This document shows positions 61,654-64,000 of a stretch of 64,000 nt of DNA, one piece after another (positions within the stretch are counted from its first letter, which is position 1; the number at the start of each line of letters is the position of its first letter). Both the position numbers and the translations under genes were made by a program. The DNA is from an uncultured Gemmatimonadales bacterium (GTDB lineage Bacteria; Gemmatimonadota; Gemmatimonadetes; Longimicrobiales; RSA9). The notes under the pieces were generated by a model. That model did no database searches, was not told the origin of the DNA, and worked only from the letters and a program-made list of their open reading frames with translations. The stretch spans positions 739,491 through 803,490 of the forward strand of contig CAWAMW010000016.1 in the NCBI GenBank assembly GCA_963783305.1, given 5' to 3'.

Positions 61654-62271
61654 ATGACCGTCATGGAGATCACCATCGAGCCGGCGACGGCGGCCCGGCA
61701 CGATGCCACCGAGTCGCTGACCCGCGACGCGTTCTGGGACCTGTACCGGCCCGGCTGCGTCGAGCACCTGATCCTGCACCGGCTGCGGCGGAGCGGCAGC
61801 CACGTCCCCGCGCTGGACCTGGTGGCCGTAGCCGGCGGGCGGGTCGTCGGGCACCTCATCGCCACCCGGGCCGCGGTCCGGGACGCGGCCAGCGGGGACG
61901 AGGAGGTCCTGTGCGTCGGGCCGGTCTCGGCGGCGCCGTCGCTCCAGCGGCGTGGCGTGGGGAGCGCGCTCATGGAGCGGTGCATCGCGGAGGCGCGTCG
62001 TCTGGGCCACCGCGGCATGATCCTGTTCGGCGACCCCGCGTACTACCACCGCTTCGGGTTCCGCAACGCCGCGGCGTACGGGATCACCACGAAGACCGGC
62101 GATAACATGGAGCCGTTCATGGCCCTCGAGCTGCGCCCCGGCGCCCTGGCGGACGTCACGGGGCGCTTCTACGAGGACGACGCCTTCGAGGTGGACGACG
62201 ACGCCGTCGCCGGCTTCGACGCGCGCTTCCCCCGCAGGGAGAAGGGGGAGGCGAAGCGGCCGATCGGGTAG
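61654..62271 (+). CDS. GNAT family N-acetyltransferase (YhbS-like)
   Basis: PGCVEHLILHRLR, GPVSAAPSLQRRGVG, GDPAYYHRFGF. Confidence 0.9.
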   Translation: MTVMEITIEPATAARHDATESLTRDAFWDLYRPGCVEHLILHRLRRSGSHVPALDLVAVAGGRVVGHLIATRAAVRDAASGDEEVLCVGPVSAAPSLQRRGVGSALMERCIAEARRLGHRGMILFGDPAYYHRFGFRNAAAYGITTKTGDNMEPFMALELRPGALADVTGRFYEDDAFEVDDDAVAGFDARFPRREKGEAKRPIG

Positions 62272-62538
62272 CGGTCGCGCGCTCGGCTCGACGGGCCACG
62301 CCGGCCCGGGAATGCCGGCCTTCGGATCGTTGATCTACCGGACCGGGCAGCCCACATTGAACCGGTCCGGCCCCGCCGGACGCCCGAAGCCCCGCCCACG
62401 CACGCGCCGGCAGCCGACCTTCAACCCCCATCGATCGGCCGGCGCGCCGGGCAATGCCATGTTGATGATTGCGCAAGCGCGCCCTTACACCGTGGCCGCG
62501 GCGGGCGGCCTTCTCCTCGTGCAGGGGGCCTTCCGGCA

Positions 62539-63219
62539 GTGGAAATCGGTGCCCGACTTCGCCGAGCATCGTGGACCGTCCTGATCTGCGCACAGGTCGC
62601 CGTCGCCGTCGGGGTCCTGCCCGCCGTGGTCGCCATCGCCTGGAACTACACCCCGCCACCGACGCCGACCTTCCCCGCATCCGAGATCCTGGGGCTCGAG
62701 CTGCGGTCGCCATCGGGATCGGGCGACGCCGTCGCCTCGGGTGAGCCCGGACCGGACTACGCCACCCTGCAGGCGGAGCTGCTCCGCCGGGTGGAGGAGC
62801 CCCCGGAGGTCAGCGGAGTCACGTTCACCTCCGCGGGCAACCCGGCGTTCGCGCCGACGGTTCGCGTCGAAGTGGAGGACCCGACGGACGCGGGCGAGAA
62901 GAGCGTGTCCGCCAGCCGGTCCCATGGGGTCGACGTCGAATACCTCGGCGTGTTCGGCGGATCCCTGCTGGCGGGCAGGACCTTCGATCGAAGCGATGCG
63001 GTCGATGGCGCAACCGCGGTCCTGGTGAACCGGGCATTCGCGGACGAGCACTTCGGGGGTGGAGGCGCGCTGGGTCGCCGGTTCCGGGAAGTGACCGGAG
63101 CGGACGGCGAGGATGAGGGCGGGCCATGGTTCGAAGTCGTCGGTGTCGTCGAAAACATGCCCGTCCCCCGCGAGGCCGGCCGGCTTCGCCGTACGTGCTT
63201 CATCCGATCCGGCTGGGGG
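62539..63219 (+). pseudogene. Internal fragment of an ADOP-type ABC permease
   Basis: WTVLICAQVAVAV, LLAGRTF, VLVNRAFA..ALGRR, EVVGVV; N-terminal half and C-terminal FtsX domain absent. Confidence 0.75.
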
Positions 63220-63330
63220 CTTGCGACGAACGGCTCCGCGCGGCACGTTTCTGCCAGACCCGTGGCCGCGGCGGCGTTCAACCCCCTTCTCGCGCCGCAG
63301 CGGGTTTGCTCTGATGCACTTCAGGGAGCT
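63220..63330. repeat. Dispersed ~100-bp hairpin repeat, copy 3
   Basis: Begins CTTGCGACGA; same core as copies 1 and 2. Confidence 0.88.
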
Positions 63331-63416
63331 GCATCCACTCGTAACAGCCAGCGCGGATTCCATCGGCGAGCATCCAGCTCGGCGTCCTGGAGCCGTGCGG
63401 CGTGAGGAAGGAACGG

Positions 63417-63962
63417 ATGGCTGAAGGGTCGCTTCTAACTCCGATCGGGTACGCTCTTTCCGCACTCGCGCTCCTCGCCGCCGTGTGGCTGGTGGTGGAC
63501 GCCGTCCGACGGGGCGGGTCGTTCCCGGCGCTGGGGCACGGTGCGGTCGCGCTGTCGGGCCGCGCGATGCGCTGGGTCTGGATCGCGCTGATCGTCCTTT
63601 CGGCCGCAACGGGACCAAGCGCGCTGGTCATGGGTCACGCCGAGAGCTCGGGGCCCCCGGGCCTCCGGGTCGCCATAGGCGAGCCGATCGCCTACGAGCC
63701 AGCGGCGGGCGCGGTGGAGATGGCCACCAGCTCCTCGACCTCGATCTCGCTTCCGTTCTACCGGACGAGCAGGTGGTCGGGAGAAGCGCGCGGCGGCGAG
63801 CGATTCGAGGCGTCATCGAAGGCCATCGTCCTGCCGGTGGGGTTCCTGCTCGTCGTGCTCGCCTACGTGTGGGCCGTGGCCCGGGAAGGTCGTGGCGCGG
63901 CCAACCGGCAGGCGATCGCGGAGAGAGCGCGGTCGACAGGAACGGCGCGGTGGAACGCATGA
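63417..63962 (+). CDS. Hypothetical membrane protein
   Basis: About 3 hydrophobic segments; AAGGA upstream. Confidence 0.6.
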   Translation: MAEGSLLTPIGYALSALALLAAVWLVVDAVRRGGSFPALGHGAVALSGRAMRWVWIALIVLSAATGPSALVMGHAESSGPPGLRVAIGEPIAYEPAAGAVEMATSSSTSISLPFYRTSRWSGEARGGERFEASSKAIVLPVGFLLVVLAYVWAVAREGRGAANRQAIAERARSTGTARWNA

Positions 63963-64000
63963 CGAGCGGCTTCCGACGCGTGAGGTCGATCGCCGCGCTC

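Overview
High-GC bacterial chromosomal window. The gene content (ADOP-type ABC permeases, S9/M16 peptidases, many lipoproteins) suggests Gemmatimonadota, but this is inference only. 1-21 kb: 3' end of purH, a stress/repair cluster (SDR, DUF296, FAD/Fe-S oxidoreductase, decayed mandelate-racemase gene, stand-alone LigD Pol domain, full LigD, no Ku), aceK and other housekeeping genes. 21-40.5 kb: two tandem Hyb-type [NiFe]-hydrogenase operons sharing one maturation protease, followed by hypABFCDE. 40.5-54 kb: peptidases, a TlpA-DsbA fusion and hypotheticals, with short tandem-repeat arrays after several stop codons. 54.3-61.5 kb is the main find: an integron-like cassette array with about nine closely related ~150-bp attC-like sites and no integrase in the window (CALIN-like). 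It carries membrane/lipoprotein cassettes and a hicBA cassette. An intact IS110/IS1111-type element splits one attC exactly at a CA core. This IS has subterminal inverted repeats, a promoter predicted to form only at the circle junction, and a ~430-bp non-coding end containing copies of its own target and donor junction sequences plus a duplicated loop motif (candidate attC-programmed bridge/seek RNA). A second, decayed IS110 abuts another attC. A separate ~100-bp hairpin repeat occurs three times next to truncated genes. Several single-base frameshifts may be sequencing errors.
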